In this document: positions 24,860-34,472 of the stretch, in pieces
Layout of the letters: every line of letters begins with the position of its first letter
Numbering within the stretch: the stretch's first letter is position 1
Origin: Chiloscyllium plagiosum
Taxonomy: Eukaryota
Assembly: GCF_004010195.1 (NCBI RefSeq)
Contig: NC_057717.1
Span: 56,366,554-56,401,720 of the forward strand
Direction of reading: 5' to 3'
Length of the DNA: 35,167 bases
Translations under genes and position numbers: made by a program
Notes under the pieces: model-generated
What the model saw: the letters and a program-made list of their open reading frames with translations, nothing else
Database searches by the model: none
What the model was told of the DNA's origin: nothing

Positions 24860-25290
24860 GCGGCTGAATGAGTTGTGGCTGATTTCCCTGGACCGTTGGA
24901 GGCTGAGGGGTGAATTTATAAAGGGTTGTAAAATCATGAGAGACATGGATACAGTGAATAGACAAGGCCTTTTCCTTGTGGTAGGTAGAGTCTCACTCTA
25001 AACCTATACTCGTGAGTATTGGTTTAGAGTGAGAGGGGGAAAAATTGTAAGTATCTAAGGAGTAACTTTTTTCATGCAGAGGATGGTGTGTGTATGGAAT
25101 GAACTGCCAGAGAAAGTGGTTAAGGCTGGTGCAATTTCAACATTTAAAAGGCATCTTAGTATGTATATGAATACGAAGGGTTGAGAGGGATATGGGCCAA
25201 GTACTGGCAAATGGGATTAGATTAGGATATCTGGTCAGCATGGGAAAATGAGACCGAAAGGACTGTTCCCATGTTGTACATCTCTACTCC
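24860..25290 (+). mobile_element. CR1/HER1 LINE 3' end
   Basis: ggaggctgaggggtgaatttata...ttcatgcagaggatggtgtgtgtatggaatgaactgccagag...gaccgaaaggactgttcccatgttgtacatctcta. Confidence 0.8.
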
Positions 25291-26160
25291 TTTGCTCTTA
25301 ATGTACGAGTAGAATCTCTTTGGATTGTCTTTAACATTATCAACCAAGGCTATCTCATTTTCCTTTCGTGCCCTCCTCATTCCCCTCTTTAGAATGTCCG
25401 TGCACCTCGTGTACTCTTCGAGATTCAATTGATCTCATTTGTCTATATCTAATATATGATTTGTTCTTATTCTTAACCAGAGCCTCAACATCTTTATTCC
25501 TCCAGTGTTCCCTCCTCTTACCAGCCTTACCTTCACTCTAACAGGAATATCACGCCTCTGAACTCTCGTTATCTCACTTCTGAAAGCCCCTCTCTTGCTG
25601 GCTGTCCCTTTCGCTGCATACAGTCTACTCCAATCAATCTTTGAAAGTTTTTGTCTTATACTGTCAAATTTTTCCCTCGTCTAATTCAGAACTTTAACTT
25701 ATATATAATGCCAATCCTTTCCATAGGTATTTTGCAATTAATCGAATTATGACCCCTGACCCAAACTGCTCTCCTACTAACCATTCAGTCACTTTCCCTG
25801 CCTTATTTCACAAGAATAGAACAGGTTTGCTCCTTCTGTGGTAGTTTCATCTGCATATTAATGAAGACAAATTTCTTCAACACTTAACAAATTCCTCAAC
25901 ATCCAAACTCTTAAGACCATGACTGTCCCACTTTATGTTTGGAAGGTTAAAATTTTCTATTATTACACTCCTATTACTCTTTCGCACAAATTGGATCTCT
26001 CAAAATATTTATTACCTAATTTCACTCTGACTACTGGGGAGACTATTACAATTGCCTCAAAATAATCATGCTCTTCTTATTTCTGAGTTCCACCCACATA
26101 GCTTTACTGGACCATCCCTCAGAAATACCTTCTGTCAGAACAGAACTAATATTTCACCAC
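25290..26160 (-). mobile_element. CR1 LINE ORF2 endonuclease/linker fragment
   Basis: 'ILKRGMRRARKENEIALVDNVKDNPKRFYSYIKSK' (ORF 25222-25428), plus a decayed endonuclease region to the right. Confidence 0.75.
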
Positions 26161-26859
26161 TAGAAAAATTGACCTCAATCTCCTTTTGGGTCTTCCTACC
26201 TCTGCCTTACCTTTGATGGTGTCGGTTGTCCTTGAGGCGCTTTGAACATAAATTATTCAATTTACTGGTGATGGTTAGTAGCTGAAAATAAAGATGCTAT
26301 GGGTGACTTGGTGATGGGAAATAAAAAGTTATATATTGTGTGGAAGGAAAATTCTGGATATAAATAACTAATTTAAAAAAACGAACTCCATTCTGTCTGC
26401 TCAGGTCTTGCTTACATCGTTGTAGCTTCAGGATATTTTCCATATATTTTGATTATTTCAAATTCATCTCACCCGCTGTTTTGTACTTGTCAGCCATTTG
26501 TTAATGGGTATTTGCCGTTTCAGAATGTAGGTCGCCTTATCGTGTACACTCTCGGAATGCTTGTTGTTTCAACCTGTGCTTTGGTATATAAGGCAAATTA
26601 CAGAAACATATTAATAGCAATTTAAGGTAAAATGTTGGGGTATTGGAAGACAAGTTAAGAGCTTCAATGTTTTGCAGAGAGTATGTGGGAAAGGACATGG
26701 AAAGCAGCAGGGTTTCCAATGCTTCTGATCTATGCCATCCCTGATCGAAATCAATCTGTGATTTATAATTTTGAGGATTCATATTCATTAATATTGGTGT
26801 GTCAGATAGATCTCAGAGTCAGGTGTGTGACTTGCCTCTTTATTTTGTGATGAACTCAG

Positions 26860-27190
26860 GGGAACATACAATAACAAGGGTGTAAATCCAAAGGGGTGCA
26901 GGAGCAGAGGGTCCTCCATGTATATGTGCTCAAATTAGAGAATGTACCATGGCATGTGGACAGAAGAGCAAATAAACCTTACTTCAAGTACGCTGTACCG
27001 AACAAAAGCAAAGCAATTATGTTAAACTGAAATAAAACAGTCGCTTGTCTCACCTGGAATATTGCGTTCAGTTTCAGAAGCAACATTTTTGGAAAAATGC
27101 AAAGTTATGAGATAGGATGCGTAACTGATTCACAACACTGTTCCCGGGATGATGTACCTCGCCGACACTGAGAAACTGGGACTGTTCCCC
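26860..27190 (+). mobile_element. Old CR1 fragment
   Basis: ggtgcaggagcagagggtcctcca...cacctggaatattgcgttcagtt encodes the 'HLEYCVQF' motif. Confidence 0.6.
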
Positions 27191-27550
27191 TCTGCTGATA
27201 GTTTCCAGACGCTGTGAACAGTTGCTATGATTGGTTCTCAATTCCATCTTGCGTCACATAGATCCAAATGGCTGAATATTTCCAGTACTTCTGAGCGCTG
27301 CCTTGCCTGATCAACATCCACGTCGAATTTATTATTTTTGAGGGTTGCTGTTCAGTAATATCCTTGTATCTGATAGATCTCAGTCTGACTTCCTGGGATT
27401 TGACAGGCGTGTGTCAAATAGATCCCAGTAATTATGCTCCATGAGGTTTATTTGCGAGAAAAACTCCAGTTCTGAGAATCCGCCCTTATGACTGACTGGA
27501 CTTGAAGAAAGAATTAAGCAAACTCAAGGTTAGTGCATATTCATTCGAGA

Positions 27551-27556
27551 TTTATT
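27551..27556 (-). promoter_or_regulatory. Candidate polyadenylation signal for membrane-form mu mRNA
   Basis: First AATAAA I found on the minus strand after the TM2 stop (~430 nt downstream); alternatives at 27447-27452 and 27328-27333. Confidence 0.4.
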
Positions 27557-27982
27557 AACCATTTCAGTAAGCAATTTATCCAAACGTTAATGTTAAAGTT
27601 AACAGACGTGAATACAATGGCTGGATGCCACATTGAGACGAGATCGTGTGCACTCTGAGCTGTGAGTTTCTGTACATCGTAACCATCAACAGAAAAGGAA
27701 TACAATAGCTCATCATAAAAGGTAGGCAACCATTCTGAATAAGGAACAAATTAAAAGAAAAACAAATGGGTTTTAAACAATTGGGCAGCTACAATTGTTT
27801 TCAACTACAATCAACTCGACAATATCAAAGTAAAAAGGAAAATCCATGATTAATTATCACAGTTACACGCTGAGAAGCAAAAATGATTTCACTGTTAGAG
27901 TCAGCAACAGGACAGATTGGAGATTGGGAATTCAGAGACCTTGAGAAGCAGATCAGGAAAATCAAAGGGGTCCACAACTCAT

Positions 27983-27991
27983 TCACTGAAC
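27983..27991 (-). CDS. IGHM: IgM TM2 exon coding part (Val-Gln-stop)
   Basis: Strong acceptor ctttctctctcttttccag|GTT CAG TGA, after a 139-bp intron from TM1. Confidence 0.8.
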   Translation of the reverse strand, partial: VQ

Positions 27992-28130
27992 CTGGAAAAG
28001 AGAGAGAAAGCAATGACGCAGATATTTATGATCAGGGACATTCAGATTTAATTTTTATTCAATGGTACACTTCGAGATTTTACAAAACGTATTGGGCTGT
28101 TTGGCGTGTGAAAGATGTGATTATTCGCAC

Positions 28131-28258
28131 CTTCACCAGTGTGACAGCAGCGCTGTAGAAAATACTCAGGAAGAACAAGGTGGTGAACATGGAAGCAGTT
28201 GTCCAGATGTTGCCACTTTCATCCTCATAGTCTTCAATCCAAGTGTGGTTCATTGAAT
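28131..28258 (-). CDS. IGHM: IgM TM1 (transmembrane) exon, open
   Basis: ttcatag|AT TCA ATG...GTG AAG|gtgcga encodes (D)SMNHTWIEDYEDESGNIWTTASMFTTLFFLSIFYSAAVTLVK, with the antigen-receptor TM motif (LF.LS..YS..VT). Confidence 0.92.
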
Positions 28259-29556
28259 CTATGAATATAAATCCGAGAGAACGCATTTAAAATGTTTATT
28301 GATCCAGTCTGATCTGTCTGCATCCAAGTCATATAACTAGAGACCATTGCATCTTCATAAAGCAGGCAGATGTTTCTCAATTGCGACTATTTGTATTTCG
28401 TAGTGCATTATTGACTCTCGGCAAGAACATGCAAATAATAAATGCACATGTTCCTTCTTCACTGTCTGTAACAACATTTTAAATTACTTTTTCTTTTAAT
28501 CTATTATTGAAGGATATTATTATTTGAGGAATGCTTATTAGGCACGATTATTTTTATTATATCATTATATTTTAAATATAGGCTGTGACAGCAGTTTAGT
28601 TGAAAATCGTGGCCATCATTAGATAAAAGTTCAAATGTCATTCTCATCTTTTTTTATTGGTGAGAAATTGCTTGCAGATTATGAATATAAGTTGCATTCT
28701 CAATAAGAACTTTGCTTCATATTTTTGTTTGTAGGGTCTGTATGTTAAGGAATACGTTTTTGTGCATGTGTCCCTTAATTTACTTGATCAACTGCTTGAT
28801 GTGTATGGTTTTCCTTTAATGTTTGTGCATGTGGTCATGATTTACTCTGACTTCACTCTTGCCCATGTTTGAGTCTGTGAATGAAAAACATATTCATGCT
28901 CCTTTATTGCTGGTGTGCTCATGTATTTGTGCACGTAAGTTTTGTTCAATTCACAATGTATAAGCATCATTATGCTAATATGCCACGTCATTGATGCCGA
29001 CGTTTATCTCGTAATGTCTTTGTGACTGTTCGTTTTTCGTTAGTGCTGTCTAAAATGTGTGTTCATGTGTCAATTTCAGATTCTAGCTACACTAGGTTAT
29101 TTTCATGTTTGTGCTTAACAAGTGTTAGCATGCAATATCATGTTTTGATGGATGTTTATAGTTATGTGATGATGTCTGCTTGTATGGCAATCTATCCTAA
29201 ACCATACCCTGATAAGCTTGTTTGTGTTATTGTGTGTGGATGCTTGCTGATGCTTGTGCCATTATCCTTGTTTAATAAATGCCCCACTTTTTGTTGATCT
29301 GTGCACTTGCGTGTCTGCATGTGAGACTCTGAATTTGTGTGTATGTGTGACCGCGTATATGTGCTGATCAACGTGATTTAAAAATAAAAAAATAAGCTGC
29401 CTCTGATATCATATGTTTGTGATTATAAAAATGGGAAAATAATGAAATTAACGTTTTCTCTGCGCACTTATGTGCCTGTGTGTATCGACATGCAGGAGGG
29501 CATTTTTGGCATGTTGTATCTATGTTCATGCAGGTATGCCTGTATGCATTGGTGCT

Positions 29557-29685
29557 AGGAAAACGTGAGGACTGCAGATGCTGGAGATCAGAGCTGAAAA
29601 ATGTGTTGCTGGAAAAGCGCAGCAGGTCAGGCAGCATCCAAGGAGCAAGATAATCGACGTTTCGGGCACAGGCCCTTCTTCAGGA
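29557..29685 (-). mobile_element. Solo ~130-bp PLE terminal-repeat insertion with TSD
   Basis: Closely similar to 16366-16495; flanked by atgcattggtgct (29544-29556) and atgcattgtgct (29686-29697). Confidence 0.8.
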
Positions 29686-29687
29686 AT
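29652..29687 (-). ncRNA. Minimal hammerhead ribozyme motif, sense to the IgM transcript
   Basis: Minus strand AUUC-CUGAAGA-A-GGGC(CUGU)GCCC-GAAAC-GUC-GAUU; stem I has one U-U mismatch. Confidence 0.65.
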
Positions 29688-31069
29688 GCATTGTGCTGTA
29701 TGAATGCATATGTATTTGTGGCCATTTGTGTGTTACCGTGTGTCTATGTTTTTCATGGTTATGTATGAGTACCCCTGTTTATTTCTGTAAGAGCTTTTCT
29801 TTCGGTGTATGTGAGTTTTTGTAAATGCTTAGATGAATGTTCAAGTGCCATTTGCAGGTGTGGCTCTGTGCGTGTATGCGTATGTGACATCTTATGTATA
29901 TGCACATCTGAGTGGATGTGCATAACTATGTGTCTTTATGTGAGAGCCTGCATATGCGTCTTTACGTGTGTACTTGTGGGCATCTCTCTGCATCTGTGTG
30001 TGTTTCTGCTCTTATACCGAACTGCAATTTTTATTATTCTAAGTTTATTGTTCTAATTTTAATTGATTGCCCACAATTACATCGACCTTGGTATTGTAGG
30101 AAACATTTCCCGTAATCGTGAAGAGATAAGCGTTTTATGTGCGATTCTTCTGTTGCAGTGATAGAATTTCTGTCTCTGAGACAAAAGGCCTGAGTTCAAA
30201 TCCCGACTGCCCCAGAGATGTTTAGTAACATTTCTGAATATGTTTATTCAAAAATAGTTACTTGTGCTCTGTATTTGAAACAATGGCACAGCAGTTGTTA
30301 GAATGCCATAATTGATCCTATGTGTTCCAGAAAACTGAGACAAGACTATGAAATTCACACCGGGACGATGCAAACATCAGTTCTGGATTATTGGAGTCAC
30401 TGTTAATCATTTGTTAACAGGGCCAGTCATGTCCAACATGCTTCAAAGGTATTATTTTGCACGGAAATGTTACAATTTCAAACAGTATGCAAGAAGCTGA
30501 ATGTTCCTGTTAGTAACTGGGTTACATTACAGAGGGCCGCCACCGAGAAAACTCTGCACTGGGAGTAAGAGTACAGACCGTTCATCGTCCTCCTCTCCTC
30601 TTCCCTGTGCTCCTCAACAACTTATCTGTCGGTTTTCTTTGGTGTGAAACTAAAGAAGCATTCTGTCAACTCATGAGTTGGTGCAAGATCCCTTGCATTT
30701 CTTCAGAAAAAAATGTTAAATTCAAATTGATCTCCACACTTTACTATTGGTATGCCCAATCAAAATTAATTTTAAAAGTCTCTTAGTTTACCTTTCTAAT
30801 TGGTGAATTGTGACAGTTTAAAACTGACGTGAATTTTGTAAGAATGGCCAATCGGGAAATCAGGAACACCAAGATCAAAACTTGTGTTGTCCCCTTGATG
30901 TAGAATGGACATTGTCAGATTCTGTCACTGTGGGATTTAGGATGGATGAGGTACTTGGCGGAATCCTGCAATGAATGAGCTTTACTCTGTCTCTCACCCA
31001 GGGTGTATCGGAGCAGGGAACATTAACTGCACAAGACACGCTTCCCAGACCTGTTAATGATCCAATTTA

Positions 31070-31312
31070 ACATTGTGGAGTTTGCGCATTCTCCGCGCAT
31101 CTGCGTGGATTTCCTTCAGGTGCTTCAGTTTCCTCCCACAGTATTAAGATGTGCAGGTTAGGTGAATTGGCCATGCTAAATTACCCGTAGTGTTGGTTTC
31201 ATTAGTCAGGGGTAAATGAAGGGGAATGGGTCTGGGTGGGTTGCTCTTCGGAAGATGGGTGTGGACTTGTTGGGCCGAAGGGCCTGTTTCCACATTGAAG
31301 GGAATCTAATCT
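31070..31312 (+). mobile_element. HE1-type V-SINE (5' truncated)
   Basis: V-domain tgtggagtttgcgcattctcc...tttcctcccacag...gatgtgcaggttagg and tail gggccgaagggcctgtttccacattgaagggaatctaatct. Confidence 0.85.
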
Positions 31313-31405
31313 CACCTAAACTGCACAGATGGAATAGAAGTAAGAATGAGAATCAATTAATTCAGCAGTTGTGTATTTAGCTCATAACTGGAGGAACAAA
31401 ATTAC

Positions 31406-31411
31406 TTTATT
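31406..31411 (-). promoter_or_regulatory. Polyadenylation signal for secretory mu mRNA
   Basis: AATAAA ~36 nt after the tailpiece stop; a second AATAAA overlaps the stop (31446-31451). Confidence 0.6.
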
Positions 31412-31446
31412 ACTTTTGTTGAATTATTAAATCAACTTTGAGATTT

Positions 31447-31506
31447 TTATTGACATAAATTAACAGTGTCCATCAGTGCAAGTGAAATGTATACAAAAAT
31501 GTTTAC
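31447..31506 (-). pseudogene. IGHM: IgM secretory tailpiece, frameshifted
   Basis: GGT AAA C ATT TTT GTA TAC ATT TCA CTT GCA CTG ATG GAC ACT GTT AAT TTA TGT CAA TAA reads GK/-/IFVYISLALMDTVNLCQ*, versus the shark consensus GKPSFVNISLALMDTxNSCQ* as I recall it. 2 nt are missing after AAA. Confidence 0.88.
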
Positions 31507-31836
31507 CACTGGATTAATCGACAGTTCTGTTGATGATCTTCAACGGAATCGCTTCATGTCCCACCACACAGGAGTAAGAAGCACTGCTGGCCCACTCCTC
31601 CGCTGTAATGGATAACAGGCTGTAGATGAAGAAGGAGGTGTTGTTGCTCTCCACCATCACCTCGGTGTTCTTGTAGTTACTGGGATTCACCGGCTTGTCA
31701 TTGTTTGTCCACTTGACGAAGATCTCTCGGGGGAAGAAACCTCTCACTAAACAGGTGAGGGAGAGAAACCTCTTAGCGGAGATTTCTTCTGTTGGTGGCA
31801 GGAGCACAGACACTGATGAATCCAGTGCATTAATCA
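31507..31836 (-). pseudogene. IGHM: IgM Cmu4 exon (330 bp) with premature TAA at 31516-31514
   Basis: Acceptor tatttttcag|TG ATT AAT; C1-set motifs LTC-W-YSC intact; ends NRTVD*SS G|gtaaac (internal membrane-form donor). Confidence 0.93.
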
Positions 31837-32294
31837 CTGAAAAATATTTGAGACAAATATAAATCAACTATAAAAATCCAGAATCAATATCATGATTTCA
31901 CTAAATATTAAAATATGCCATTTTTAATTTGGGATTTATTCACATTCATTTTCTAAGAGGAGCAGAGTGGTAGACACTATGTTCAATAAAAGATGTAAAA
32001 AGATTAATTTGAAAGTCGCATCCATGTTTCCAGCCCACAACGAGGACATTCTGTCCATGTGTCATTGCTGATCGTGACGTCACAACCCAGATTCCTTCCC
32101 ACCTTATCTGATTTAATCGGAATAGAATAGCCTTTGGTCTGTCTCTTTCTTAATCAGATACTTAGATTTTCTGCCATCAAATGCATCATGTATGCGCCCA
32201 GCAGTGTTTGCTCATTACCAATCAAAGCTTGCCATTGATGTAACTGGATCTGGATTACACATGGGATTCTTTGTGCTTTAATATCACCGCTCAC

Positions 32295-32553
32295 CTTTCT
32301 TCGTATGGATGGAGTCTCTCAGTGGAGTCAGTAGATTCTGATGGTGCACCACACATTCAAAAGTAACGCCACTCAGCCAGGCTTCAGTCGAAATATCTAA
32401 TTTGCTGATCACACTGTCGGGATTCTGTCCAGACGTTGACTCCAGAAGGAAGATTGGACACAACACAGTTTAACGTCACCGTCGCCTCCAGCAAGACCTG
32501 TTCTACTGGTGGCGGGAGGATTTTAACCGTGTAATCGTGGCGCACAGTATCTC
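32295..32553 (-). pseudogene. IGHM: IgM Cmu3 exon (259 bp) with frameshifting internal deletion
   Basis: Acceptor tttcatag|GA GAT ACT; reads [40 protein letters not shown], then shifts frame to [46 protein letters not shown]|gtgagc. Length is not a multiple of 3. Confidence 0.92.
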
Positions 32554-33774
32554 CTATGAAACAGCAATCAAAATCAATGTAAAATGTCTCTTTAGGATCA
32601 GTATACCCACTCTTCAGGTTATTTCCTCACAGGGTGAAGAAACCACCTTCGAAATGGCAACTTCTAACTCTTGCTGAAACGATACTTACTATTGTTCATA
32701 TATTTTGATCTGTGAAATAATTCGTGATTATCTATAACGTAGCCTGTGTAATTATTCCTAAAGAACACTGTTTTTGTAAAAAGTGAAACCTGTGAAAAAA
32801 GTAAAATCATCGAAGATGCTATAATGTAATTCACGGAGTTATATTTCTTTCAGAGTTGGTCTCTTACTTAAGACCATCTATTGATACTTGGGGCAAGAGT
32901 AATCTGTATATAATGAGTTCATTTCTATGACCATGAACGTTACGTTGCTGGTCACACTAAGTGCCAAATCAGATACCGAATTTCGGAAAATTGTAATTAG
33001 TCATAATTATTCTCTTAGTCTTCATGCATTTGCAGAGGATTTAAAGTGTTACAGGAGCGGAGAATGGCCATGGAAATTCTGTTCATTATATTTAACGTGA
33101 TCGAAAATACTTGGCATTATTGGTGTGAGAGCATTCTCTAATTTATGTCATTATTCCTTGTGGGCTGAATTTGGAGTTGACCTGAAAACAAGGCACTGAG
33201 TACAGCATTAGACATCGTGAAGAACACCCATCCCCTCAAGTCTTTCCTTCAAATCAGAGTTCATGACTGGTCTGTAGATTCACTTTATTTGCCAGGCTGC
33301 ATTTTTTACTTTCTTCATTGAAAAAAAAGCAGAAACATCTTAAATTAATCTACAAACTCGATGGAAATTTGCACTAGTTTTATTCAGATGTCTACCAATC
33401 ACTATGTAAACATCTCCATCCCAAATCAGGCTGAATTAGCCTGGCATTCATTCCTAGTTCATTCATCCCTATTGTCGCATTCCCGCTAGAATTTATTCAC
33501 CTGCCTCATTCGCTAATTACAGGGAACGTCTGAAAGAAGCTCAGTTAGATTACGTTTATCCTAGTTAATCAAATGTGAAACCCACTTGGTCTGTGGTCAC
33601 ATCCCATAAATGAAGTGGAAGAGCTCAATACCAGATATAAAAAAGGTCTGTGTCGTACAATGCCCAAGGCCAACAGGTCATTCCTGAGCAGGGAATGAAG
33701 TATTGAACGTATTTTCATTTATTTTCAAGTACGGGTTACTGCATATTTTTACCATGTCATTTTGAGATCACAAA

Positions 33775-34150
33775 ACTATAAGATAGAGGATCAGAATGAG
33801 GCTATTCGCTCAATCAAATCTTCTCCGCCATTCGATTATGGCTGATAAGTTTCTCAACCCCATTCTCCCGCCTTCTCCCTGAATTAAGCAAGAGCCGATC
33901 CATCTCTGTCTTCAATACAGACAATAGCCTGGGCTCCACAGCCCTCTGCAGCAATGCGCTCCATAGATTCATCACCCTCTGGAAGAAGAAATTCCTCCCC
34001 ATCTTAGTTCCAGATGGTGCTCCCTTTGACTCTGAGACTGTACCCGTGGGTCCTATTATCGCCTACTGGTCAAAACATCTACTCCACGTTTACTCAAACT
34101 AGGTCTGTCAGTATTTTCTAGATTTCGATCAGATACCTCTCAGACACCCC
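33775..34150 (-). mobile_element. CR1/L2-type LINE 3' fragment in the Cmu2-Cmu3 intron
   Basis: 'MGRNFFFQRVMNLWSALLQRAVE...LKTEMDRLL' (ORF 33814-34002) is the LINE ORF2 C-terminal motif 'FF..RV...WN.L'. Confidence 0.8.
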
Positions 34151-34472
34151 TGACCCCAAATTATCCTTGCAGCCGCTACCAGGCAAGGACTCGGCACTCT
34201 GAATGCCTCTCCCAGCATGGTCAGCCAACAAACTATTTAACAAAGTTCACTGTCTATTCGTCTTCAACAAAGAGGAAACATGCTTTTCTGATTAGTTAAA
34301 ATAATGAATTATGAACAATGCTAATGCGACACTCAAACAGAAATAAGAGACACATGGCATTTTGGGAAATGAGAAGCTGTACCGTGCAGTTTACTAAGCC
34401 TAATAAAAGTGTGTGTTTGATTCACATGCAAGTTCAAAATGATTTGTAGCTCTCTCAGTCTGTGTCTCTTAC

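Larger units (their letters stand above)
28730..30010. repeat. Long degenerate TG/CATG-rich (purine-pyrimidine alternating) tract in the Cmu4-TM1 intron
   Basis: Dense tgtg/gcat/gtat words over ~1.3 kb. Confidence 0.55.

Noticed and set aside
1-27200. Apparent minus-strand bias of retroelements
   Set aside because: Many plus-strand copies also exist, and the counts are too small and non-independent to call a bias.
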